DNA of 64,000 nt from Balanoglossus misakiensis (taxonomy: Eukaryota > Animalia > Hemichordata), in contig CM082583.2 of the NCBI GenBank assembly GCA_040954595.2, positions 1,808,925-1,872,924 on the forward strand, given 5' to 3'. How positions within the stretch are numbered: position 1 is the stretch's first letter; each line of letters starts with the position of its first letter. The position numbers were made by a program, and so were the translations under genes. Shown one piece after another: positions 24,801-36,800 of the stretch. The notes under the pieces were generated by a model. The model did no database searches and was not told the DNA's origin. It saw only the letters and a list, made by a program, of their open reading frames with translations.

Positions 24801-27800
24801 TAATATATTATAAATAAATAGTAGTATTTAATGTTGAAGTAGTACGATTATATTTTGATTCGTTAATATATTATAAATAAATAGTAGTATTTAATGTTGA
24901 AGTGGTAAGATTATATTTTGATTCGTTAATATATTATAAATAAATAGTAGTATTTAATGTTGAAGTAGTACGATTATATTTTGATTCGTTAATATATTAT
25001 AAATAAATAGTAGTATTTAATGTTGAAGTAGTAAGATTATATTTTGATTCGTTAATATATTATAAATAAATAGTAGTATTTAATGTTGAAGTAGTACGAT
25101 TATATTTTGATTCGTTAATATATTATAAATAAATATTAGTATTTAATGTTGAAGTAGTACGATTATATTTTGATTCGTTAATATATTATAAATAAATAGT
25201 AGTATTTAATGTTGAAGTAGTACGATTATATTTTGATTCGTTAATATATTATAAATAAATAGTAGTATTTAATGTTGAAGTAGTAAGATTATATTTTGAT
25301 TCGTTAATATATTATAAATAAATAGTAGTATTTAATGTTGAAGTAGTACGATTATATTTTGATTCGTTAATATATTATAAATAAATAGTAGTATTTAATG
25401 TTGAAGTAGTAAGATTATATTTTGATTCGTTAATATATTATAAATAAATAGTAGTAGTATATAATGTTGAAGTAGTACGATTATATGACACTTTGCAAGT
25501 ATTATTATTATTTACTTGTTTACTACCTCACTAGAGGGCGCACAATTTTATTGTCGGCCATTTTCTGTTTGTTTTGCGCGTCTCTGGCAGTCGCAGTCGA
25601 AAGAGATGAATATCGAGGCAATTTTGCAGGAGATAAATTTGGCAACGTTGGTAGAGAGGTTCAAATATCAGCGGGTTGAAGCTGCCACCGTTCTTTAATT
25701 ACCCATTAATATCTTATAGGTCCCTTTATTAAATACATATTGTGGGTGCATTTCATGTGAATTCCCAGAATGCATCACCAACATAAAGGAGCATGCTCCA
25801 TGACCTATGACAATCTACTGGTAAATCCATGCTCCTTGGACAGGCCTTTGGAAACAAGTATTCTGTAAAATGGATCTAAACATTTCTGAGATGGCAAAGG
25901 TATTACTGAGTTTGAATTTGGGTAATTTAATAGATACGTTTGAGCAGGAGAACATTACTCCAGACATTATCTGTAAATTATCAAGCGTTGATTTCCAAAC
26001 ACTTGGAGTGAATAATTCACGGGATGTCATGGCTTTGCGCACAAAGTGTACTCACTATGGATCTAAAGTACCAGTGAAAGTACAAGTAGGATGTGGTCCA
26101 CCACAATTCTATATACCAAAGGCAATCCTACAGAACCACCTAGAAGAAGGATTCCTGGTAACTGAGATTGCATCAATGTTTGCCGTTTCCAAAAGTACTA
26201 TTATTCGTAGAATGCGGGTTTATGGACTGAGCAAAATGGATTTTGCAGATATTTCTGATGGTGACCTTGACATTCACGTTAATGAATTGACACAAGAATA
26301 TCCTTTCTGTGGTGAGAATATGCTAAGGCACCTCCTTACAGAAAAATTTGGGATAAAGGTGCAGAGGATGAGACTCCGTGATAGCATTCATCGGATAGAT
26401 GATGCTGGCATACAAGCAAGAAAGAACAGTCGATTAAGGCGCCGGGTATATAATGTAAAAGGTCCGAACCAGTTGTGGCATGTGGACACTAATCATAAAC
26501 TGATACGATGGGGCTTTATCATACTTGGTGGTGTTGATGGCTTCAGCCGTTTACCTGTCATGTTGGAGTGTAAAGACAACAACAGGGCAGCAACTCTTCT
26601 AGAGTGCTTCAAGACTGCAGTTAAAGTTTATGGCCTTCCCAGCAGAGTGAGATCGGACATGGGACTGGAAAATGTAGACATAGCCGACTTCATGCTACAA
26701 AAACGTGGTACAAATCGAGGTAGTATGATAACTGGTAAAAGCGTACATAACCAGAGAATAGAGAGGCTTTGGCGCGATGTGTTTGAGGGTGTTCTTGCCT
26801 TGTTTCATCAACTGTTCCATTTTATGGAAGATAACAGTATTCTAGACCCTTTCAAGCCAAGTCACCTTGCTGCTCTCCATTACATCTACCTTCCAAGAAT
26901 AAATGAGAAATTAGAAGTGTGGAGTAGGGCTTGGGGCAACCATAGAATGCGCACAACACGGTCATCACCACTGCGTTTATGGATTTCAGGCCAGCTGCAA
27001 AATCCCGTTGGTGTCCAACTATCAGCAGATGATATCACAACCTATGGTGTAGAAGGTATTGTAGATGATCATGACGGCGGTGCTGATGAAAGACCGATAC
27101 TACAGCCAATATCCTTTGAACTAGGTGAACAATGCTTGGAGGAACTCATGCAGCGTGTACCAGCAACCCGGCCAACAAATAATTATGGCATTGAATTATA
27201 CCAGAGTGCCTTACAAATAATTAATCACTATCATGCCAATATCCAGTAGAACACATGAGTTTGTTCCAACAATACAAACACAAGATCTATGACAAAACCT
27301 TCCCTTAGTTTCTCAATAATCTTCAGTGCTTTTCTTGTTTCTCGTATACACTTATACTACAATTTGGCACACACAAAATCAAAGAAAGCGTTATGTCTGA
27401 CACAACTGTTAGGAAACACACGAGTTGGGAGTTGACCAGACACCTAATCAGCTATATACTTAGGCATATCATTGAGTATATTGGTACTTTGCTCGGCAAT
27501 CACCCACAAGTTTGTTTATTTCTACATGGAACTCAGAGACACTCACTCCATGGGTAGCACTCTAATACACACACAGTTGTGTGTGTATTAGTCTGACTTC
27601 CATGTAGAAATAAATAAGTGTATGAGTGATTACCAGGCAAAGTTTCAATATACTCCACGATACGATACGGCTGATTAGGTGTCCAGCCAAGTCGCGTGTT
27701 TCCTGTAACATTACAATAATTAATGTATCTGCCAAAAAGTGTTGTCTTGGCGCTACAATACCGGTAGAAGGCAACTTGATGGGCAGGTATTTATCTCATG

Positions 27801-30800
27801 CAGAGACAATGTGAAAGTAGATATTTGAATAGAAATTATATTGCAATAGAGAGACAACAGCTAGTTGATAAATCTCTTGTAGAACTCATTAAGTATTAAG
27901 TTTATTGATCAAATGTTAAAATTTATTGCAACTTTTGAAATAATTTAAATAACATGCACAGTGCCAATTAGCCACTTTCTAGTCACTATATCCCCCCAAA
28001 AACAACACACAAAGAAAACAGGCTGTCCACATTGTTTTGTTCACTAGTAAGTAACCAGGAATTTTTCCATTTTAAGGCAAATGTGACAAATGAACATGGA
28101 GTAAACATTTGCTCCAAAAAACTGTACACTGTAATGCGAGAAGGAAAATTCTCATGAAAGACTTCAACCCATATATTCCATGAATACTTTTCATATCTGC
28201 TTTAATCCGGCTGAGTAGCTCTGTTGCTCTGAAATGTATTTGGGAGAACTTGTGAGTTCTGAAGCCTTATGTGTCACTTTTCTTTTCATGCAAATGTGCT
28301 ATGCTGTTACTGTTTTCATAAGGCAGAGTTACCTTTGTTTTACATCCATTCTAAATTTTGCAAGTAGCTAACTATATAGTTAAAAACAGTTAAACAAAGC
28401 TTTTGCATGTACTAAGTTTCACATTTACTTGATTGGTTCCAAGTAGTATGATTGTGAAAGTCATTGAAACATCAAATTAAATCCTTTACTCTTCAATTGT
28501 GTGCATTGCAGTGTGACATTTATCATCCATACACATCTTTCAAGAACATATTACAAGTCATCGTTGATGACACAGTCCCCCTCTTGTCGAAAGTGTTATA
28601 ATCTTTGGTGTCTAGGTTACTGTAGGATGACATTGATGCAACTTGTGTGAGGACTGTAACATGCAAAATAAAGTAATCTGAGCATCATTTAATAAATGAC
28701 CTGTTGGTCACATCATGTTGATCATATCATAAAATAAATTGGCATGGTATTTTATCTTAGTGCCAAGTTTTAACAAAATTGGCTCAGGGAAGTTTGAATT
28801 ATGCTTCAAAGACATAAAATATCGCATGCATGACTGTCAGGCCTCATATTGGATGATACTGCAAAATAAATCAACATGCCTATGAATGCCAAAGCGCCTC
28901 GTCTGCGGGGACTAATAATCAAACCCTAGTTGTGGAAAACTACCTTGAATGACACTCTTGGTGACATGGCAACTAATCTTAGTTCCAAGATCATCTTGAC
29001 ATTGTACCTTGTACAAGGGACAGAAGCTCTGGCATTCTGGTTCACAATCTTATCCAAATACTAGGTGACCAAAACACAACTGCAAATTTGCACACAATAA
29101 CTGAAATGGACCTTAACACACACATAGTTATGTTTCAATGTTTGTCATCAATTTTTGTTTTCATTTTTAGGGCCCCAAGTATATGCAGGACTAAACATGT
29201 AACAATAACAATAATATTTTTATTGAGAATTCAGAAAAAACTACTAACACTTGCATGCAATTAAAATGATTATTTATGCTGTTCAAAGTTGACATTTTGT
29301 TGGACAACACAGAAAAATTTGGAAACTCGCTTTCCTCATAAGGAATGCATAGCACTGATTGTGCCTACCAGTGTGAGCGTACCCAGGTGTCTGAGACTGT
29401 CAGTAATAATTTCCCATTTTTAGTGTTGAACCTCTCTACTATCCTTTAAATTTTAAACTGTAATTGACATATGTGCTTGTATTTATACAACCACAACATG
29501 TAGATGTGTTCTGACATCCAACAAAATTTCAACTGTGTGCAACCTTAGCAATTTCAGAAAATTTCGTAACTTCCCAATCCATACATTCGCTTGAAAATCT
29601 AGGCCTTTCCTGCAGGTTGAAAGTATGACAATAGTAAAGCGTGATAATATTTAACAATTTTAAAATATTTCAAAATAGGTTGGATTTAGCAATAAAGTGA
29701 CATTTGATAACTCGTCCCAAATAGTCAGTGTCTTTAAGCCACAGTAGCTGTAACTTTTGATGGTATTTTTTTGTTGGATGACATGACAGAAAAGGTAGTA
29801 GAGACTATGTGGAAACCATGTCTTCTAAGTCTTGGCTCAAGAAACAAAGATTATATTTAATCCACACTCATTATCAATTTGAGAGGATATTATAATACCT
29901 ATGAGCCCAAGTTGACTCCATTGAATTTTTTTGTCAACATCACTGAATTTCAGTCTGTTCAGAAATTAGGAAGTGATATGTAACAAATATAGGGGAAAAA
30001 ATTCTCGAAAATTGCAGCTACTGTCCCTCAAAAATATTATATAACGGAATTTGTTATGTACCTATGGAATCTCTTATTGCGGAAATGTATCTTTGCATGT
30101 CCAGACACATCTGCAGAACAGCCTCAGACATGAACAAAATGGAAACCTTGACGGCGCCAAGTTGCCACATTAAAATATTAACAAAATCAAGACATTTATA
30201 TGTAAGCTTGAGTGTTATCTCCTTATGTCAACTAAAAAAGTCTTAGGTCATCACAATATATTAATAGCTCCAGACATAAAATACAGTTACAAAGTGGCCA
30301 TGCAGAAGCCATACTTTGGGGTTATTATGAAAATACACCAAAGTATGCATGAGGATATAATCACATTGCACTGCCCGATGCCCGATGTAATGCACAGCGT
30401 AGCGGAGGGGGATGCGCCATGCTAATGACCTCATTGGCTGTACTTTTGAAATAACCTTATTATTATAAATCACTACTTTGTTTTTACTTTTGTTTATGCA
30501 AATACAAACTTATGTTATGTGACAACGGCTATGAGTACGAGTCGAGGTCTAGTGGGAGACACGTGCGATGAAAATTTTGGTATTCAGCCATCAGTTCATA
30601 CAAAGTGCGCGTCCACACACCAGGTGCAGATGACAGATTGGTAAAAATTTAACACTAGTGTACTCATTCCATCTTCATCAGAGATATTTTTCTCGAGATT
30701 AATATTGTACCTCTGAGTACCTCAAAACTGCCGGAAAAGTGTTAGCGATGTCGGCATAACAGTGGGTATTTAGTGTCACCCAATTTTTCTTTTGTTCTCG

Positions 30801-33800
30801 GTGGCAGATATATAATAATGGGTCATAATCACAAAAACAATCATCCAGCATGTATAAGCCATAAGGTGTTATCCTTGTGCCAAATTTAAAGTAAGCTGAC
30901 ATGCCTGAGAAATTTTTTTGACCAGATTGTACTGATAGGACAGATGCACAGACGGACAAGTCTCAAGGTAAACGCCCCAAGACAAGACATCGTCCATGGG
31001 GACCAGTATGTCTGTAATAACTGTTGTCAACTAAACTATAAGAAAAAATGCTAAATCTCTAGTTCATCTATCAAAATTTTGAAATGCTTATCCAGCACAA
31101 ATAAATTTATCATCCATACAATTAAAATAATAGTAAAAGGTGTAACAGACAATGGCATAAAAACACACCTTGTGAAAATGTTACGTGTCATAGGCAGTGT
31201 TACGTAGATTATTAGGTCAGTCACTGCTGCAATGCTTTACTGACCTCAGAAGAGGAAAACAATCATATTTAGTAACATTGTAGTTATGTTGGTTTATAAT
31301 GGCCTTTTGCAACAGATGTTTGTTGCACACCTGTTGCAAAAGAAATCAACATCACCGCAAACATGAACACTTATCGGTTATGCCACAAAGGTCATGGATC
31401 ACAAAATATTAAAATATTTGTGACAGTATTCCTTTAAGGGCCATGGATAATGAAAACATGCGCATGGTAAATGTAACTGGTTGAACTGTGTCCCTGTCCC
31501 CCCCCCCCCAAAAAAAAATACAAAAGAATTTGGAAGTGTAAAAATCACTCGTGCCCCAGCCCTGACCCTGACTAAAATCAATGTCTTTGTTCAGTGCCAA
31601 CTCAAACTCACAATCGACGATAACACAATAGTTAACCAATAAAATTAAATTAAATGAAAGTGTATCCAATTCCAAAATGATTGTCTATTTTGACAGGTGC
31701 ATTGAACAACATCATTCATGTCATGTTTGTGTATTACCAGTTTTGCACTGGCCTGCCACACCAAAAATAAGATAGCGCAATTTTTTGTGATACATATAAA
31801 CATGGAGCACGACAGTAATTGCCATATAACAACAGGTAGTGCAATTTGTGCCCACAGTAATCGAAATACAGACAAATTTAAATCCCTCCCGACAGTGCAC
31901 AAATTGCACTTACGGTGCACCTGTTTTAATTATCATGGACCCTTATGGGATAAGCTCTGTCACTGACAGCCTAGCTAAAACAATAACTGAAATGAAAAAA
32001 AAACAAGTTATAACTAGGATTACATAGTATAAGACTGATATATGAAACAGAATTATGGTATTTATTATCCGGATCCTGCTTCACCTATCGGATGTACATA
32101 GCCTTTATGTATAATATATACGGTGTATGCCACAAATGAATACAATTCTTCTTTATAACAAACTTCTGATGCTTGGCATAAAAAATACTGCCAATACACC
32201 TTTTTCATAAGTCTAAAATTTGACTTATTAGGTCAACTGAAAGCGAGGCCACTGGGGAAAATCTGTAATTAGCAACAACGCATAGTTATTAGCTGTTCAT
32301 GGCGCCAAAGTCAATATTTTTCAAATGCTTTGTTTGGCACTGCCTATAAACTTTGTGCACAGCTGATAATTATGCATTGCTGCTGGTGCTTTCCCCAGTG
32401 GCCTCGCTTTCAGCTTGACCTAGGTCAAATTCTAGACTTATGAAAAGTGTGTGTAGACTATTTCATGACTCCTGAATGACCTCACATCCTGGCCTTTTTG
32501 GTGGTATGGCATACATTGACTGCTTCTCCCATATGTAACAGATTAAATCTCATGTTTTGTTCAAGGACGATTTTGAATGCGTGATCAAATTTTTTGGTCG
32601 ACTGTTACAGGGATTGAACTTACAATGTAAAACTCATACCAAGAGAAAATCCATGATGCAAAGGTCACTCAGGGCTCATGAAAATAGCCTATAAGACGGT
32701 GCCGCTCCCACATGATCCGACTTATTTTATACAGGAAATCTTGGTTGGTTAGCCCATGGTGAACTGCATAAAAAGTCAGTCTACTTGATTCTGAGATGTT
32801 GTAGCTAACAAATATGGGAAAATTACCCTGAAAATAAACTTAGCAAGTAGAAATTTGCCTATCTTGTACAAGGGTTAAACCTTGCAGATTACATGCTTGT
32901 CAACTGTTAAAATTTTGTCATCCAAACTTGAAATGTTGTGACGGTCAGCGGTCGTCACTGCAGAAATGTAACGATGGCTTTGTGAACTGCAAATGTCTAT
33001 TTTGAAAACAAATTGCTTCTGTTCCTTACACATTTCCAAAAAAGTTTTGAGAAAATGCAAGATCATACAATTCAAAAAGTTTTTCTTTTTGGGGCATTTC
33101 ATTTGCAGCGCTGGGTCGTGGTAACTGCAAACAGTTGCTACATGTGTTGGCCATTGGTAGAAATGAATACTGCTGTGGAGGAAATACAATTCTCGGATGT
33201 ATGACAAAACCCAAGAGTGGTTCTTCATCAGTTCCAGTTACAAACTGTAACACACGGGACAGTGAGAGTTGTTGTCGTCTACCACCTGGTAACATAATAT
33301 AAAAATACATAAAACTTACTAATTTCAAAACATCTACATGTAGATTTTTAAATCACACTGCTGAAATTTTGTGGCTATTGTCTCAGCCCGTAGTTGTAAA
33401 CACACCATTTTCACTAACAGCAAATAAATGCCCATCAATGACATGAGTATTCTACTTGGTACATTCTAAAACATGTGTATGACAGTGTAAATATTTTTCT
33501 ATTAAAGGGACAAAGTCTCCATTTTTGAACTTTTTGTGATATCAAGAATACAGGGAATACTTGCATAAAGTCACTCAATGTGCAGAATAATGTCAGTACA
33601 GAACCTCAAGTGTCAGAAATTACTCCTTTGCCGTACGTAAAGTAACAATTTGTGTGTGACGTCTACATGAAATGAACTGCTCCATCCAAAGTCTGTTTCC
33701 TTCGCCAAATAAACACTGCCACAACAGTGTACACGACAGCTGTCAGTATCATATCCACATGAAAGGAACTCACAATCTGAGATATCATTGCAAGCCCTAT

Positions 33801-36800
33801 GTGGTCATAACATTATGTAATATTGCCTATCTTGTCTCATTCATTGATGAAAGTTCATCCAACAATGAATATCTGGTACAGACGAGTCTTTTGAATTGTC
33901 TATCTATTAGCAGAATAGAGATTGTGTACAGTTAATAGCCAGTATATCAGCATGTTTCAAGTAGTCAAACAACTTGAGCAGCTCTTGATATCAAACACAA
34001 TCAATGAAAAAAGGTAAAAAAAGAGAGACTTTGTCCCTTTAATGTAATAAACACATAAGTGTTCAGAAAAACAATCTCTAGTTCTTTTCTTATTCATGTG
34101 TACCAACACTGTTTTTCTATTTGGAACAATCCACATAACATTCACTTACTTGCTACTTCCCTAATGTAATCCAGGAACATGGCATATACAGCTTTCTCGT
34201 ACATTCTTACATTTGAACCTTCAGCTCCTGAATAGTCTGGTTTTAGCAATTCTTTAACCTTCTTCACTGTTAGAGCAGATGCTGGATTTGGTTGCAAGAG
34301 ATGTTTAAATGTTGGTACTAGACAGCACAGCTGTGAAAGACAATCAATAACAAAGAAAAGTGTGAGATAAATTGCATCACTTAGTGTGGTGTGCAATATA
34401 GTCATCAACCTGTAGTGAAAATCATGATACCTAAATCAAATGAAATCATTTAAAGGGGCATGTTTGATCCTCAGAAATTTTTGTGGAGTGTACATTGGTA
34501 AAGTTCAAAATACAGCTTTCCAACTGGTTAAATATGTATTGATTTTCCTTCGATGTTCACAGACAATTATGACTCTGAAATGTATGAAAAAGGGTGCGTA
34601 AAACATACCTGGTATATCCCCAACTTAGAGAGACCATTGCGCAGATTGCGCACACATTCCGAAGGATCAGTGCTTTTGATTACATCGTCAAGGACAGTAG
34701 GATTCATAAACTGTGGTAATTTACCATTTTGTAGCATACTAAGACCTGTGAAAAGATATTACCCAAATCAATTGTTATTATTAAACATGTTACTGGTAAC
34801 TATACGAGTAGATTATTTTCAAATGGATGCCAGTTTTTAAAATATTACTTTGAACATATTTGTACACTACATTGGCATACACTGCACACAACATATAATT
34901 GTAAACTTTATACAGTGAAGTCTAAGTTATCAGACCATCTTACCCATTATAATTCCAATGGAGTGGTAGTCTTGGGACAGATGTTCTTTCAGACCATCAT
35001 CAAAATATTTGGCTTTAATTTCCCTCAAGACAAGCACAAAGAATTCCTTCCTTGGCCCACCGTAATCTGCTGCTCTCTGTTGGAAACAACATATATGACA
35101 AATTTTATATCAGTTCCCCCTTAAATGATACACATTGTAAACATTTGAATGTTTCTTTTTTGTGTGGTATTTGATTGACTGTAAACCGGATTATTGGAAA
35201 GGCAGCACCACAAACTGAAACTATAGCGTGACTGACAAATGATTTTGTGTATAGAAATTTGTTGCAGTTATTTTTTCTATTTCTTCTGATCGATAATTAA
35301 TGGGACACTGACAGTGGAGCTGAAAGAATTTAAGCAGCATGTTTTCTGCGGTAATGAATTATCCTTACTTGAAAGTTATCAACCAAGGCATGGTGGAGAT
35401 ATCTGCACATGCAGATCGATTTATGGATTATAGCCAAATTTAAGAGCCTCCATCTCAGCAGGAACAAAAAGCAATCCAACTTAATAGATGGATATTACTG
35501 CAAAATATTGTAAGTTCAAGGTTTTGTAAACCATGTATGTATGTACACTAAGTACTGTACAGCCACGTTTATCTCCTCAAACAGCATTGTACAATCAATA
35601 AATATAGAACAAAAGCTTACCTCATCATAAAACTGCACCTCGAGTGTCAGTCGGAGATCATCAATATCTCTTATTTCGGAAAATGCTGTTGCAAGGATGT
35701 CATCCCTATTGATCATTATAAAATTTGTCTCGCCTTCAAGCTCTTCAGCTTCATTCTCCACATCTAGCGCTCTCCCTTTTACCATTACTTTTTGGTAATA
35801 TCTAAGCACTTCAACAGGATTGTTAATGAAACCATGCGTATTACAGTACATCACTGCATTTGCCACAATGTTGTCAACACTGTTTGCTGCTTCAATCACT
35901 TCAACCACGGGTGCTTCAACACTTTCCTCAACTCCCTGTACTGTTTCTTCAACTTCAACAGTGTCATCAACTCTATCTACTGTATTGGTAGGTGTCGCAG
36001 GTCTTTCTTGAATATTGATTGGTATCTGAAAAATATATGAGGAATTTATGATTTATTTTTTATTATTTATTCTTCATTTCCCCTCACAACAGCAACATAA
36101 GACAACAAGTATTGGCTTGCGGTTGGTGTCTTGTAAATATGCAAGGCTGGAAACTAAATTTTTAGACTAGTAATCCATTTGGGCCTCCGTTTTCTGTAGT
36201 TGGTTGCCCAGTGGCAACATGAGGTAGCCCATACATAATGTCACATGTTCCATGATAAGTGTATTTTTCACTGGGAATGATATTTTTTCCATCAACCAGA
36301 TACAAAAAGATTTGTTTTTCATGACTGCATATGAATTAAATTTTCTAGTTATTGATATGAATACCTGGCAGCATAGCCTTTAGCAGACTAGGTGGCATCC
36401 AAAATTTTGATGACCTATTTCATGCCATATGCAGAGCTTATATGCAAATTTTGATATTTGCGTTGACAACGACCACAGCAATCAGGTTGACATAACAAAT
36501 CAGAGCATGGTTATCAGTGTTTTCTCCAGCATTTTGAGACAAGGGGGGAATGTCCCCCACTGGGGGGATTTGGTTGCAAATGAGGGGGACTATAATACAT
36601 TATGCAAGTTTAAATTATGCAAATTAAGATTTTTGGGTTTTGTCAGTTCTTAAACGGGTGAATTTAAAGTACACTATTACTTACGACATTCTCTGATGCT
36701 GATTCCTCTGTCGCATGACTGACGTTCCTCCGAGTTGCCGGGTTTTCATCCTCTGAGTCTGAATCGCTACTAAATGGTGCGCAAGTCCACAGATGATGTC

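Noticed and set aside
24631-25485. Regular repeat array superficially like CRISPR
   Set aside because: Head-to-tail 63-bp units with no unique spacers, no cas genes and a eukaryotic context.
27250-33025. Additional cargo genes in the middle of the inner transposon
   Set aside because: Only short ORFs without recognisable motifs; the region looks like UTRs plus nested repeat debris.
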